Shown here: positions 10,846-26,000 of the stretch, piece after piece
Position numbering within the stretch: position 1 is the stretch's first letter
Layout: every line of letters begins with the position of its first letter
DNA from: Octopus sinensis
Taxonomy: Eukaryota
DNA: 64,000 nucleotides
Assembly: GCF_006345805.1 (NCBI RefSeq)
Contig: NC_043014.1
Coordinates: 28,148,001-28,212,000 of the forward strand
Reading direction: 5' to 3'
Position numbers and translations under genes: made by a program
Notes under the pieces: model-generated
What the model was told of the DNA's origin: nothing
Database searches by the model: none
What the model saw: the letters and a program-made list of their open reading frames with translations, nothing else

Positions 10846-13800
10846 ACAAAACCACTAACTGAAATGGTTGGATCATCCAAAACTACCTTGGATGATTCCT
10901 TCAAATAATGCTTAAATCTGAAGGATGTAAAACCCTGTAATGATGTCTATAACTGTGGATTTATTGAGATATCTTTTCCTTTGAAAAAGAAGCGAATTTG
11001 ATTTGTTTAAATGAGTTAGAATGCTAACAGGTAAATCTCCACATGTCTCCCACACTGGCTCATTTTTTCTTTTCCAGATTTGATAATAGACTTGGTGGTC
11101 TTGAAATGACTATGCGCTTTAGAAACTATCTTGCTGAGCAATTTAACAAGAAGAAACTCACAACACAGGATGTCTTCAAAAACCAGCGTAGTATGGCAAA
11201 GCTTTTTAAAGAAGCTGAACGTGTAAAGATGATTTTAAGTGCCAACTCAGACCATTATGCTCAAGTTGAGAATTTGATTGATAATCAGGACATGCGTATA
11301 AAAGTCACTCGAAGTATCTTTGAAGAACTCAATGCTGACCTCTTTGAACGTGTTGCAATACCAATTAAGAAAGCCTTAGAATATTCTGAAATAACTTTGG
11401 TAAGATGGAAAGAAAATTTGCTCTGTTAATCTTGATTTATATACTGCTTGATCAATAGGATAATAATTTTTTAAAATCTAATTGTAGGAGGAAATTAAAG
11501 ACGTAATCTTAATGGGAGGTGGAACTCGTATTCCTAAAGTTCAAGAGAATCTGCTTAAAGTTGTAAAACGGTAAGTCAATAACTATTATTTAGAAATACC
11601 AACTTGTATTCATCTATATGACCTGACTTTGCATAAGCTTCATCCTTATCTCTGAAAAACAATGCCACTGAAGTTACACTTGGGTTACTGAAAATGATGT
11701 CAACTTGAGTTTCTGAACATAATCTCACAGACATAATCATGTTTCTGAGCATAATGTCACATTACAATTTATTTTGTTCTAGCTATCCTTTCAATGTCCT
11801 TTATTCTTTCTTATAAAGGTTATATTTGGTTGTGTGAGCTATGCTGAAGCAACCTACTAAGTTGTATGACTATTCTTTTTAAATAAAATTGCTACACTGT
11901 AAAGTGAGAAAAGTCTAAATCTAAGTACATAACTTCTATAAAATCAATACATTGAAAGTAATTCTGTCAGCTGTTGACAGAGCATTGTAACTCTTTCTGT
12001 TTATAGAGAGCTCCTAACTTCTTTCTGGCAACCTACATCTACCAGTTCATGAGCATCCTCCAGTTAACACCAAGTATTTTGAGGAAGCTTGGACCTACCT
12101 TGTATTCACACAGCATTTATAATACTTTCAACAAATGACAAATACTGTTAGGTGTCTTTTTGGACATTATTGACAAAGGCAGTGTATGTTATGGCCAGAA
12201 AGGGAGCAAGTGATTAAGTATGAAATTTTAACAGCCATGGCAATTGATGAAGACAAGTAGATTCAAAACATAACTAATTAGCAAATGAAACTTACTTTGT
12301 AAATAGTGAATTCTTACATATTCATGGAGTTTGTGAGTTTGTAAGATTTGTACCTTTGAACAAAGTATTAAGTGAAATTAGAGTGACACCAACTAAGGAT
12401 CAAAACTAGGAATATGGTTATGCTGTTATATCTATTTAATATATTAATCTCACTGATACACCCACTCCTCATCCTCCTATTGACTCACTTTAGCTCTCAC
12501 ACATTCCCCTGCTCACTTCCATCCAACTTTACCTCAGATTAATAATTTTAAGATTATTCTCTTTTTTGTTTTCTATTTTTCTAGCAAAGAGCTGGGTAAA
12601 AGTATCAATACAGATGAAGCTGCTGCTTTAGGTGCTGTGTATCAGGCTGCTCACTTGAGTCAAGGATTCCGAGTGAAGAAGTTCACTGTTAAAGAAGCTA
12701 CTGTCTACCCAATTGTTGTAAGAAATACTTATGTATTACTTTCTTCACTTTTCTGCTGTGTTTATATTATATGTTAGCACTCAAAATTATAAAGTGCTGA
12801 TACCTCCTGTTTCAAAGTCGAAATTTATGCAAGTAGCAAAGACATTTTTCTTTTTCCTTTGATATTAATAAAATAAACATTTTATATTGAGAGTCTGTAA
12901 ATCAATAATACCCTAAAGTCATTCGTAGCTATGTTGTTAAGTTCACTTCATAAGCATATGATTCTGTGTTCAATTTTACATGGCACCTTGGGCAGGTGTC
13001 TTTTATTATAACCCCAGTTTAGCCATTGAGAATGGAATCTGGTAGATGCAAACTATGCAACAGTTGTGTTTATGCAAACACACATATACTGAGCTACGTA
13101 TGTACAAGTGTTTATATTTGTGTACATCATTTTTATCAATTTGTGACCTGTAACTTCACATTTCGGTTAATAAAGATTGATAAATTAACAAGCTGGAATC
13201 AATATGATTCAAGGAAACCCCTAAAGGTATTGACATAACATTGTTACTGTCTGATGATTGAAACCAGAGAAAGAATAAGATCCATCTTGGACATAATGTG
13301 TTCTGCCTTGGTCACCAATTTCTTTTCTTTGACTCACAGGAATGACACTGTGGTTAAGAGGTTTGCTTCCCAACCATTTGGTTTCAGCTGACCAATGCTA
13401 TGTGAGTAGTACACCTAAGCTAAAGCAACTGACTATCCAACTTAATATTCTAGCAGTTGGTTACATAATATAACTTCTACTACTGAAACATAATAAGTTT
13501 TAATGAACCCTTTTCAGCATGCCAGTAGTCAGTTGAATTTTAAATAATGCTTGTAAGAATAGGTTAGAAGAGAAGAAAATGATATGGTTCAATCCCCTTC
13601 TTTGAGCTGACCATAGCTACGGATATACTGGACATCTACACAAATATCACATGATATTTAACAGACACACTGTTAAATTATTGTACACACCAAACTTGAC
13701 ACAGAATATGGCTGCTATGGAAAATAGGAAATGGCATGTTAATACTTTCATTAGCTTTTTTTTCCTTAGTATCTACCTTAAATCCTTTTACCCTAAACCC

Positions 13801-14048
13801 TAGTATCTTGAACTTTTAACACCAATCCTTTACATCCTAACTTCCTCATATAAACCCACTGTTTAGTTGATTCAGATGGTATTAGTCAGGATATATCACT
13901 ACTAACATACTCTGACACATGGGTATTAAACTCTTACTCCTGGCTCTATGTTGTATAATATACAGGATAATTTTTCTTTTGATTTTACATCTAATTTAGA
14001 ATACTTGTGTTTTCAGATGTACCTTTAGATATTTTTCCCATTTCTTAA

Positions 14049-14084
<36 letters not shown>

Positions 14085-17000
14085 TTTCAATTCTAAGATG
14101 TCACATTCACATATGGCAGATCCATTCTTATATCTTACATCTGTGTTATCTTTCTTACACTCCCACATTTTTATATTAAGTTTTATTATATTGGTTTAAG
14201 TCTTCCATTTCCTATAGTTCTCAAACCATTCTCTAGTTTCCTTAGTCTTCTATATGTTCACCTGAAAGGCATTGGACTGCATGTTAAACCCTCTCATACC
14301 AGTATATATTCCACCATTTATCTGGAGTTTTGTTAATGATCCCTTCACAATCTTCTCTACCCACTTGACAATCTTGTCTTTCAACTTTTTCAAACAGTTC
14401 ATATTCCAACAGTTTTTATTTCTAATCCCTATATATAAACTCTTATCTTTAATTGTGAGTATCATTCTCCATTCCCAAAGATCCCAGTCTTGTACCTCTA
14501 CACTTCAGTATTATTTGTTATTTTTTTGCTTTCACCCTAAATTTAGTCTTCTTTCACCTTTAATTTTTAATGCTCTCTTGTGAGTTTCATCTAATTTTTG
14601 GGTAATTAGTTCATTAACAACTATTCCCTCACATGACTTCATTAATTTTTGACTGTATGGGGTATCAGCTTTTGGTTTATGGATCCCTAAGTTATAGGAT
14701 TAAATTAAAGCATTTTATAAACTTACAGTAGTTAAGGGAGTGCTCTTTTGAATTAACACTGAATACTTGGAATTTCTTCATACTATGGTCTCCAAAATTA
14801 CCTCATTTCAACCATCCAAGTGGTAGCATTATTTACTTGTTACATTTTTGACACAATAGTTTTAATATATTAACTAACAGTTAAGCTATTTGTTTACTTA
14901 ATACTTACTCAAGCTAAAGTTAAATTATGATTTCACTTTATCGTAATTTAACTTCATTTTAAATTAGCTTAGATTTTCCTTTTGATTATGCATTCCAATG
15001 AACTGTGCATTTTCCCCCTTTTCATTCCATTACTGGAGTCTGTCACTGGTAATTGTTTTGACATATGTCTGAGCATTTTCTCTTCTCACCTCCATCTGAT
15101 TTCTTGCTATGTGAGTGATAAATCATTATCTTTACTAATAGCACAACTAAAACCTTGAGTTTTATTGCCAACACACTCCTGCCATTGTCATTATTACTGC
15201 TTTTACTATTATTTCTAGGGTTTGTTCCTTTATAGTTTTATTACTAGTAGTATACCCTTATTTTAATTAAATTATGTTTTGCTTATTATCATTTTTAGTA
15301 GTAGTATTTACAGTAGTATCATTATCATTATTACCATTCTCATTTTCTATTTGGTTTTGCTTTTCTTTATTTTTATTTATTATTGATATTATTATTTTGT
15401 AATCTTGGCTTGCCGCTATTGATTTATGTGATTTACTGCTAATCAGTTTCTTATCAATGTATTATCAATGCCACGTGTATCACTAAGATCACTTTTTACT
15501 GGTGGTGGTTGTTATTGTTAGAAATCATGTTTTCCTTCTCCTATTTCTTATTGTTTTGTTTTTTTTATCCCTTCTTGCTTAATTAGTGCATTTTGTTTCA
15601 CTTGGCTTTAGAAACTCTCTCTTTTAAGTCTGACTCAATACTATATATTTGTCTTTTATTTAAAAGTTAAATAGGTTGGAAAAAATATTAAGAAATACCA
15701 ACAAAAGTGAAATAAAAGCTAATGCCCTACTGCAATACAGCAACTAGATTATTATTATCATTAGTGCGCTCAGCAAAATACTTAGTGGTATATTGTGTGT
15801 CTTTACGCTGAGTTCAAATTCTGCTGAGGTTGACTTCACCTTTCATCCTTTCAGGATTGATAAATTAAGTACCAGTGAAACACTGGGGTCAATGTAATTG
15901 ACTAGTCCCTCCTTCCAAATGTCAGGACTTGTGCCTGTAGTAGAAAGGATTATTATTTGCCTTGGTCTTCTTCTCTGTTATTGTTTTCTTCATCGTTGTC
16001 TTCTTCCTCATTATTATTATTATTTAACATCTATGTTCCATGATGATGAGGGTTGGACAGTTTGACAGGATAGGCCTAAAAACTGCATCATACTTCAGTG
16101 TCTGCTTTAGCATGGTTTCTACTATCTATATTGCACCCAGTACTATTAATATGGATATAACTTCATAGTTAGGGTGTCTTTTTCATTGAAAATCTCTTTT
16201 GTATTAATAGAAATTGTAAATTTTTAAAAATTACTCTATTTTATTCCTTAGGTTGAATTTAAACGCCAAAAGACTGGTAATGCTAAAACTGTCAAGAGGA
16301 CCTTGTTTGGGCGTGGCAATACATACCCTGTCAAGAAAGTAATGACCTTTAACAAGCACACTGATGACTTCACTTTTTCTGTTGGTTATGGAGATCTTAA
16401 CTTTATCACTGATGATCACAGAAAGTAAGCTTTTTGTTTCCATTATTAAGATATGTAGTATTGTAAATATTTTAAATGACCTCTTTGCTAATAACTGCTA
16501 ACATCTTAAGATTTTGTTAAACTTGGTCCTGAATGGGTTATTAATTAATCCAGTGGCCTTAACTCTGTCAAATCAAAACTAATTCTAGACCTATAACACC
16601 TAGTGCATAATTCTTCCTCAAATTACTCTCTACTATCTTAAAAAAGAAGGGGCACATTAGATAACATAGTCTCAGATACACAGTAGTATATGAAAATTGT
16701 CTGGTACTTTATTCTCTTAATGTGATATACATGCAAGAGAAAGCTTGTTCTCATGGTGTTATATAAACATTGCACATTCTGCACACCAGTATCTAATATC
16801 ATCATCATCATTTAATGTCCATTTTCTATATTGGCATGGGTTGGAAGTTTTGAACAGAATTAGCAAGGCTGGGAGCTGCACAAGGTTTCATTGTCTATTT
16901 TGACATGGTTTCTGTAGCTTGATGCCAATCACTTTACATGGGTGCTTTTTATGTGGCACCAGCATTGACAGGGTCACTAAATACTTTGTAAGACAATGAG

Positions 17001-20000
17001 AAAGAGATGATGGCAAAGATGTCTCAGAACATGCCCTCGAAGGATATTGGGGGTGATTAGATTAGGTGAGGTGACTGTAGCAAATAATGGAGAAAAATAT
17101 AGGAGGGACTTGGGGACAGGAGCTGCAGTAGATATGTGAGGACATTGAAGTTAAACAAGGTGATGATGATGGCAAGCAGCACAGGGAGAAGAGAGAAGAC
17201 AGAGAAAGGAGGTGATTGGTGAAGACAGTAGGTAGGGGAAGAAAGTTAATGGAGAAAGCCAGGGGATGTAGTATGTGCTTATTCTGCTCTCACAAGATAG
17301 AAGAAGTGATGGGTGTTAGGAGATGAAATGTTGGGGAAACATTTGATGGGGCTGAGAGGATGGAGGTAAGCATTACCATGGTGGTTTTGGATATCAATTC
17401 TGCTGTAGAGGATGGGTTTTGAGTACAGCAAGGTGCCAAATATCTCAGTCCATTATCATCTTTGTAAGGTACAGCTTCTTGAAATCAGCCTTCAGTACTT
17501 CATCCCATGTTTTCTCTTTCTTCCACAAGTTCCCTCCACTCTAAGAGATTGGCTCTTCTTTATGCAACTGTCTACATCCATATGCATTACATGTCCAAAC
17601 CAGCACAGTCTTCTCTCTTGCACACTGCCTCTAATTCCTCTTACGCCTAACTTCTCTCTCAACACTAAGAATATAGTAGATGACTGATTGATAGCTTAAC
17701 AAACTAGGAAGTATTTTGTAATATTTCCTTACTTAATCACACAAATGAAGACTTCAAATATCTCTCTCGCATGTGCACAATGCATATGATAAACACGCAT
17801 AAAATGGTCTTAACAAAGTTAACATTTATTTTGATTGTGTTTGGGCTGGCTGAGTGGGCAGGATGAGGTGACTGTTGCAAATAGAGAGAAATATAGGAAA
17901 GGCTTGGGGGCAGGGGTTGCATTGTGAAGATATTGAGGGTGATAACAGGAAGCGAGGTATTGATGAAGAGCATTTTTCTTTTACCTATGACACCTTATTG
18001 TCAGTTTTTTTTCACTTTTGTTTTTTTGCAGATCATTTCATACAATGTTCTTGAAAAATATCTCTTTGACTGGAGTTGGAGATGCCTATGCTAAACACAC
18101 TACAGCTGTTGACTATAAAGGTGTTCGTGTGCATTTCCGCATGGATGAAAGTGGCCTGTTGCATTTAGATGGGGTAAAACTCTTTCATTATTTATTCATT
18201 GTCTTAAATGCTTAATTGCAAGTTTCAGAAATTTTATGAGAAAAAATTAATGATATCAATTTATAAGGAGTTAAAAATGTAAACCCCTCCAAATGCCAGA
18301 GGAACTTCATAAAGTTGTTGAATGACCTACTTACTGTTGGTACTTCATTCTGCCTAGACATTTACAATTTTTAATCTCTTATTGCAGTGTATTTCTATCA
18401 GCTAAACTCTGTTACTCTTTTATAAACGTTCTTTAACCCTTTAGCATTTACATTATTCTGTCAAATGTAATTCTTATTTATTCACATTTTTAAAAATTAA
18501 CCATGCATATTCTTATAGCTTCAAGATTTTGTTGATGTGATTGTGTATTTTTAGAATGACATTAGGATAGGTAAGATAGGATGGATCTGATCAGTTTGAA
18601 CATAAGACGTGTAAAATATTTGGCTGGTTTAAATGCTAAAGGGTTAAGCAATTGCTGAAGGCAATCCATCTATCTATCTAGCTATTAATATGCTAAGTAC
18701 CATTGGGTGTCAAATATCTCAAAATATTTTTGTAGCTTCTTTGAGTTGTCTGCTAATGGATGTGAGTCCTGTACTACCCACTTCTAAAAATTCAAGGAAA
18801 TAAACCACACATGACATTTGTAACACTGACATCATGTAATTATAGACACACCATAGATTTTTCAGTTTCAATTATATATAGTTGATATGTTGAAACTCTA
18901 TCTGTAATAGATTATATTTTGTGAGTGGGTTACATAAAAACGAATCCATGTTGTAAAGGTCTCATTCAAGTAATTGCTTGTTATAGATGTCAGAAATAGA
19001 TATATTTTTGATTTCTATGAAATTGATATCAAAAATACTGAGCCAATGACAAAGATCTCTACTCAGTTACTTAACCTGCTAGAAATAAGTAAAATATCCT
19101 TTAAAATACATCCTACCAACTTTGGCTAATGTAGTTCTAAATACAATATGCCTGAAACAAAAACAGGAATCATATTGGCTAGAATGCCTTTCATCATGTC
19201 TCTTTAATCATGGATGACTTGGAGCTAAATAACAACAATTAAATGTTGGTAGGATTGTGTTTGATGTAATCCATTTGGTAATCTGGAATCTGTGGTGTAG
19301 TCAATGGTTGGGAACGGGGCTTGTGGCATATCTGTTTGTAGCTGCACTGATAACTGAGTAGATTTTCATTAAGAATCAACAGGACAGATAAAAGAAAACA
19401 AAAATAGCTACTGCTGCTTTCATTCTCTTTTTTATCCTTACACATTCCAATAAATATACTTATAAAGCAAAGACAAACTTGTCACCAATAGCCAATACGG
19501 AAGTTTAAAACAGATTTTTGTTGGTGATATGAAGTAGTATGTTCACTCCTGAGTTTGAATTAATTTGCCCTTCATATCTAGGACCCAGTAAACCTTATGT
19601 TTTTGTGTGCATGATATATAGATCTTTACCATTGTGTATATAAATGTGGAATATAAACTGCATGCATAAATGTGCCGTCTTGATGTTGGCATTGTAAACC
19701 AATAATATGATGCTAAATACTAAGTAGCCAAATGTTTTTTCCAGGCAGAATCAATATTTGAACAAGCACCTGATGCTGTCAATGCAAATGAAGAATCAAC
19801 TTGGTCAAGTATGTAGCCATAATTTTCATCTGATTCTTTCTTAGATAAAAACATAGAAAAAAAAGTAGAATCTGAAATAACATGGAATCTTCAAATAATT
19901 GTCCAAGAGTTGAGAAAATATTATTTTTACTGGATGTTACCTTGTAATTGTGGTTAAAATGTTTGTTTTGCAGTCACATGGATCTAGATTCAATCCCATT

Positions 20001-23000
20001 CCATGGCACCTTAGAAAAGCGTTTTCTGTCATTACTCTCAGACAGCCAAGGCTTGTGTGTGATTTTAAACCGATCCACCAGATGAATTGTATGTTGAAGA
20101 CAATAAAAGTGTAAACATGTAAAACTCAGTGAATAAAATCATCATCATTTAACGTCTGTTTTCCATGCTATCATGGATTGGACTGTTCGACGGGGGTCTG
20201 GGAAGCCAGGAGGCTGCACCAGGCTCCAGTCTGATCTGGCAGTGTTTCTACAGCAAGATGACCTTCCTAACACCAACTACTCCGTGAGTGTAGTGAGTGC
20301 TTTTTACATGCCACCAGCACAAGGGCCAGAGAAGGCTGGCATCAGCCACAATCGGTTGGTGCTTTTTACGTGCCACTGGCACGGAAGCCAGCCAAGGTGG
20401 CGCTGGCATCGGCCACGTTCCGATGGTGTTTTTTACGTGCTACCGGCACGGGTATCACAACTACAATTTCCATTTGATTTTTATTTTGATGTTGATGTAC
20501 TTGACTCGATAGGTCTCCTTAAGTACAGTAGGTCGCCTCACGATCCAAGGTAAGCACAGCAGGCCATCCTGTGATCCAAGGTACTTTGAATGGGCTGGGG
20601 CTGCTGTGTGAAGCTGGTGTACCATACAGCCATGAACTCACTTTATTTGTCGGGTTTTCACAGTCACAGCACATCTCCAGAGTTCTTGGTCTTTCGTCAT
20701 TGCCTCTGAGAAGCCCAACGTTCGAAGGTCATGCTTGACCACCTCAAAATAATATTGCAAGATTCCAGTTTCCTTTGGGTTCCCCCACGTATATCTCTAT
20801 TAAGATGTTTTTGTTCTTTGATTAATTTGGATGTGTTACAAACATGATTATTGTTATTAATAAAGGTAGTGGGTGGAGCAGTCAATATTACAGCATTGGA
20901 CAAAATGCCTTGCATGTATTTTGCCCAGTACTCTGTTATAGTTCTATTAGAACAGGATTTTCATCTAGATGGGTTTACTCCTATATAAATTTAGAGAGGT
21001 TGACTTGTATATTTATAGAAGCTGGCTTTCATCCTTCTACGATTGATAAAATAAGCAGCATTGAAGTACTGGGAGAGGTAACAATGAAGTATGCCCTAGC
21101 CTTAGATTTGTTGACTTGTACCTATGTTAGAAATCATTGAAGTAATAGTGATTAGTGGTCATGCTGGATTTTGTTAATATGTTCAAGTGAACAGAATCTG
21201 AAATTTAACTTTAACAGGTGGAATCACTGGGTTTCAAGTAAGCCAAATCTCCCTCAAAGCATGCTCTACTGTCTTATAAAAGGACTTGTTACTTGTTTAG
21301 TTTAGGACATTATTTCTGAAAAACAAAATGACAAGTTAGTCATAGCCTGAATGCCGTGAATGGTAAACCTGCCTTATCATTTACATCACTAATATTCCAG
21401 AATTAAACTTATTACATGTTATCTGTAGTCATTTACAAAAGTGGGTTAAGTGTAGTTTAGCTAAATAGAGGTCATGTAAAGTTGATACTGTTATAGTTAC
21501 TGTGGCATGAAGGTGTTCAACTATGGATTCTAAGTCATGTTTTCCAACCCTCCTGTGTTATGTGCAACTTTAGATGGAACATGTTACTTGCTTCATTGTT
21601 GAAGAAGGTAATGTATATTAACTGCAGATGTATGTAACATTTCATCTTAATGTTTTTTTATGCTGACAGGAGTTGAATGGTTATTGTATTTAATAGGGAC
21701 ATTCTTGATTAGCCTCTAGGTCAGCCCTGTCTGAGGAAAGCCAATAATCAAACATTCTAGATATGATCATTTTGTATTTTTAGATTCTATTTTGTAAGTG
21801 CTTAATATGTAGCTTATATTTTAAGATACTATTTCTTGCAACAGAAAGAGCACTGACATTGTGATCTCTAAATCGTAGCAGTTGACTTGTTAAATTTGTT
21901 GCTTTTTGTAAAATAGTATTATTAGTGGAAGTAGATAATCCTAGTGGTGATGTAAAATAAGAAATATAGGATTTGGGATAGACTTAGCTATTGGTGATTC
22001 ATTCTTGTAAATTTTTAATTTTAGAACTGGGTAATACCTTGAGTGGATTTTTCCGAGGAAATGAAGAAACTGATGGAATGTCTGTCAATGAAGAGGTGAG
22101 AATGGAAACTCTTATAAACTATGAAACATTTCATAATTTGTTCGTTTACATTTCGTTTTATTTATCTTTTTTTTTTTTGCTTTTATTCATTGGCTATTTC
22201 ACTTATTACAAAGTAATTTCTTTTCTTAACTTATTTCTAAATTTTCTCTAACTTTGTTTATATACCTGTTTATTTGCCTTACAGTTTGAAAGTTTTATTG
22301 AAAAGGAAAATAAATGGGACTTCTTTTTGCCCTTGTATTGTTATTTGATTTGAAAAATCAGTCAATTTATTTATGAAGAAATGTCATTTTATTCAACTGT
22401 ATTTGTTAAGTTTTTATTGAAATAGATAATTATTGCTTGGTTCTTCACCAATATTCATAGATTGAATTAATTCATAATGATCACAACTATGATAAAGTAA
22501 CTTTGATTTTCCTTGTGTGGTAGACTTAACCTGTTGACCAATTTAATATTCTGATCAAAGCCTGTTAAACTATGACCATCCCATCAGTTTGTGTGTCAGG
22601 CTCTACATTATTCAATGTATCTTTCCCATTTTCTGAGCTGCTAGGGTGTGATTTGAGGGAGATTTGATTGCTATTTCTAATAGATCAAGTAACTGCATAG
22701 AAGCTCCCACATTGACTCCTATTTTGATCAGTTTGAATGCCGTCTACTATTATTAAGTTCAGCTCTGTAGATTTTTTATAGAATTCAGAGCCAGCACTGC
22801 AAGTTACAACTTGGCTCTGAATTTTGTAGATAAATTTAAAAATGAGAATATCGCACCAATGACACAAAAGTACGTCACAATATTAACTTGTAAACCTTTA
22901 ATATACTTGGCATGTATAATATAGTTGGAAAACTAAATATTGTGTTCTTGCTAGCAATTAATACTGTCTGGTATGTGTACTTCCTTTTGATTTTCAAAAG

Positions 23001-26000
23001 GTTAACTGGTATTTAAAATGGAAATGTTTGGAGGAACCAAAAAGTTTTTTTTTAAGATAAGGTTAGGTTGTGTGTTTTTTGTATTGTTTCTTGCAAAAAT
23101 TGTGAGAAATTGTTAGGTCTACCATAGTTTGGGAGTAAAGTGGTCTGTGGTGAATTTGAGCACTGAACATTAAAAGGATTTCATTTAATTGTGATAATTG
23201 GTATTCTTGCTGTAATACTGGTTTGTATTTTTATTGGTTTCAGGGAGCTGCCGAGAAGACAGCATCTGCTGATAAAGAAACAGGGACCACTGAAAAAGGC
23301 TCTGAAGATGGTGGAGATGGGCAAAGTAAAGAGAAGAAATCTGAGAAACCTCAAAAGGTATACCAGAATTAGAAAATTGATCATTACTACATTTAATATG
23401 TTTTTCTTTTAATCTTTTGACATTCAGATTACTTTGTTATTATTTATTCACATTGTTTTAAATTAATCATGCATTTTCTTGTAGCTTTGCAATTTTGATG
23501 ATATGATTGCTTATTTTTAGAATAACATTGTAGATGTGAGAGACTGGATTTGGATGATTTGAACATAAAATGGGTAGAATATTTGTGTTGGATATAGCTG
23601 GTTTAAATGCTAAGTTCTTTACAGTTGGCAACAGGAGTAAGAAAGAGCAGATATAAGTCTTGGAAAAACCACATAATGTAACAGTTATATATCTCCTATA
23701 TTTGCATGAGCAAATCAGTGAAGTACATAATATATATTATAAATAACAAAAATGTGATTGCATGTTGTCGACTTAATGTGACAGTCCCATAAAAGGGAAG
23801 AATGCTACTGTTATTTAGCCCTAGGAAATACCGTTTCCTGTTGGACTTGAGACATTTCCTGTGTCTTTATGTTTTCAAAGTGGAGACAAGCACCTCCATC
23901 CAGCAAAGCCAGCATCCAGAAACTAGTTTCAGAGTCATTGCTCATCATCAGTCTGGAATAGCATAGTCTGCTAGCTGTCGATGCCTATCCACCTTTGAAA
24001 ACATATATATTTCAAGTGAAATACATTCACTGATTTTTGAAAATAGAAATAATATATTTCTAAATCTCTGAGATTTATGCAGTAGTAGCATGATAAAGTG
24101 ATAGCATGTTGTCAACTACTCTAGACTGATGATGAGCAATGTCTCTGTAACTAGTCTCTGGATGCTGGCTTTGCTGGGTGGAGGTGCTTGTTTCCACTTT
24201 GAAAACATAAGGACACAGGAAATGTCTCAAGTCCAACAGGAAACGGTGTTTCCTAGGGCTAAATAACAGTAGCATTCTTTCCTTTTATGGGACTGTCACA
24301 TTAAATTGATAACATACTCTCACTTTATCATGCTGCTACTGCATAAATCTCTTTGAGAAATTTAGAAATATATTATTTCTATTTTCAAAAATGTGATTGT
24401 TTTATTTTACTAAAATAGTTTACAGTTAAAATGCAAGACTCATGGTCAGAAAGTCAGTCAATCAGAAAAATTATTTTGGATTAAAATAATGGCATTTCTG
24501 CTAATTTGATCCACTCAGCTTAAGAATGCTAATTTAAGAACAAAGCAATGGTATGCAACTTATAACACGTTTTCCAAAAACTGAAATTTATTTAGCTCTA
24601 AAGAAACTTATCTGATAGTCAGTGAATAAAATTATTAAATTAAATACATTGTAAAGGATAATTGAGATAAATCTTTTATTTATTTTGTTCAGTTTCTGAA
24701 TTTTGTCTAGTTCACATGTTTAATTTTTTTTTTACTCAAAGAATATTGATTTTAAGATAAGGAACAAGCCATATATATATTGTATGTTGAGTATGGTTGA
24801 TTATATTGACCCATAGAAGGATGCAGAGTGAAGTCAACATCATTAGTATCTAAATCAGAATGTAAAGTAAACTGAAAACAGTATTACATTTTGTCCAATT
24901 CCCAACTGTGTTTTTTTTTTATCCATCTTCCAACCTTTTTTTAAAGAATGTTGAAAATCAATATCAAAATATTGATTTTTGTTGCATTTTTTATAATTTA
25001 GGAAGATACAACTGCTGAAAAGAAAAGTGAGAAAGTAGAAAAGCCAACTGAACAGGAGCAAAAGGAGAGTGATAAAACCCCAAAAGATGATGATACAAAA
25101 CCAAGTGACAAAAATCAAACTAATACAACACAAGTATGTTGGAGTTTCATCATCCTTGTTTTAACGTCCACTTTTCCATGGACAAATCAGATTAATTTAT
25201 TGATCATCATCTTATATCACAAAATCTAAACATTTTTTTCAAAGTAAATAGAATTAAAAGAATTTATTTTCTCATACATTTTACTAGGGCACCACCAAAA
25301 AGGACGAAACTCCTAAAGTTAAAAAACCAGGGATATTAAAAGAGAATCTGAAAATGGAAATAAAAATTCTAGATTTGTCACCAATTGCAGAAAAAAAATT
25401 GAAGGAGTCTAAAAATCGGTAAGTCTTTCTAGATATTTTTCAGTGGATTATATTGTTGAATCCATTAATACTTGATTATCATCATTATAATTATCAGAAT
25501 TTTGTTTGTTTTCCACATTCACATTTATGTAAAAGATAGCATCATTGTTTAACCCCAGATTAGCCCTAATTAAGTGGAACTAATCAAAAGCATTCCAACC
25601 ATAATCATCATTTTTTTTTGTCACTGTATTGTCCAGTTTATCATTTTATAAAATAGTGGATATGATTTGAGAGATTTAGCTGCTCTTTCTTGTCAGTCAA
25701 GCAATTACATTGGTCTCCCTCATTGGCTGAGAGGCTAGGAGCCTCTACATGGTCTCAAGAACAACTAGAAATATCAACCCAATTTTTACAATTGGTGTCC
25801 TAAGTGTGTCATAAGAATGAGATGGTACTATTAGGAGATGGAACAATGCATGCCTGACTTATATATAAAAGAAATTTATTTAAAATTTTATACTGACAGT
25901 TATTGTTGCTCTGTAACCAACCTCAACATCACTTTTAATTAACAGGCTTATGACCAAATGAGTTCCAGCAATGACCATCCCACCATGTTTGCTATATAGT

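Noticed and set aside
14100-14830. Possible L1/Tx1-type RT remnant on the minus strand ([15 protein letters not shown])
   Set aside because: Similarity is too weak and fragmentary to call without a search.
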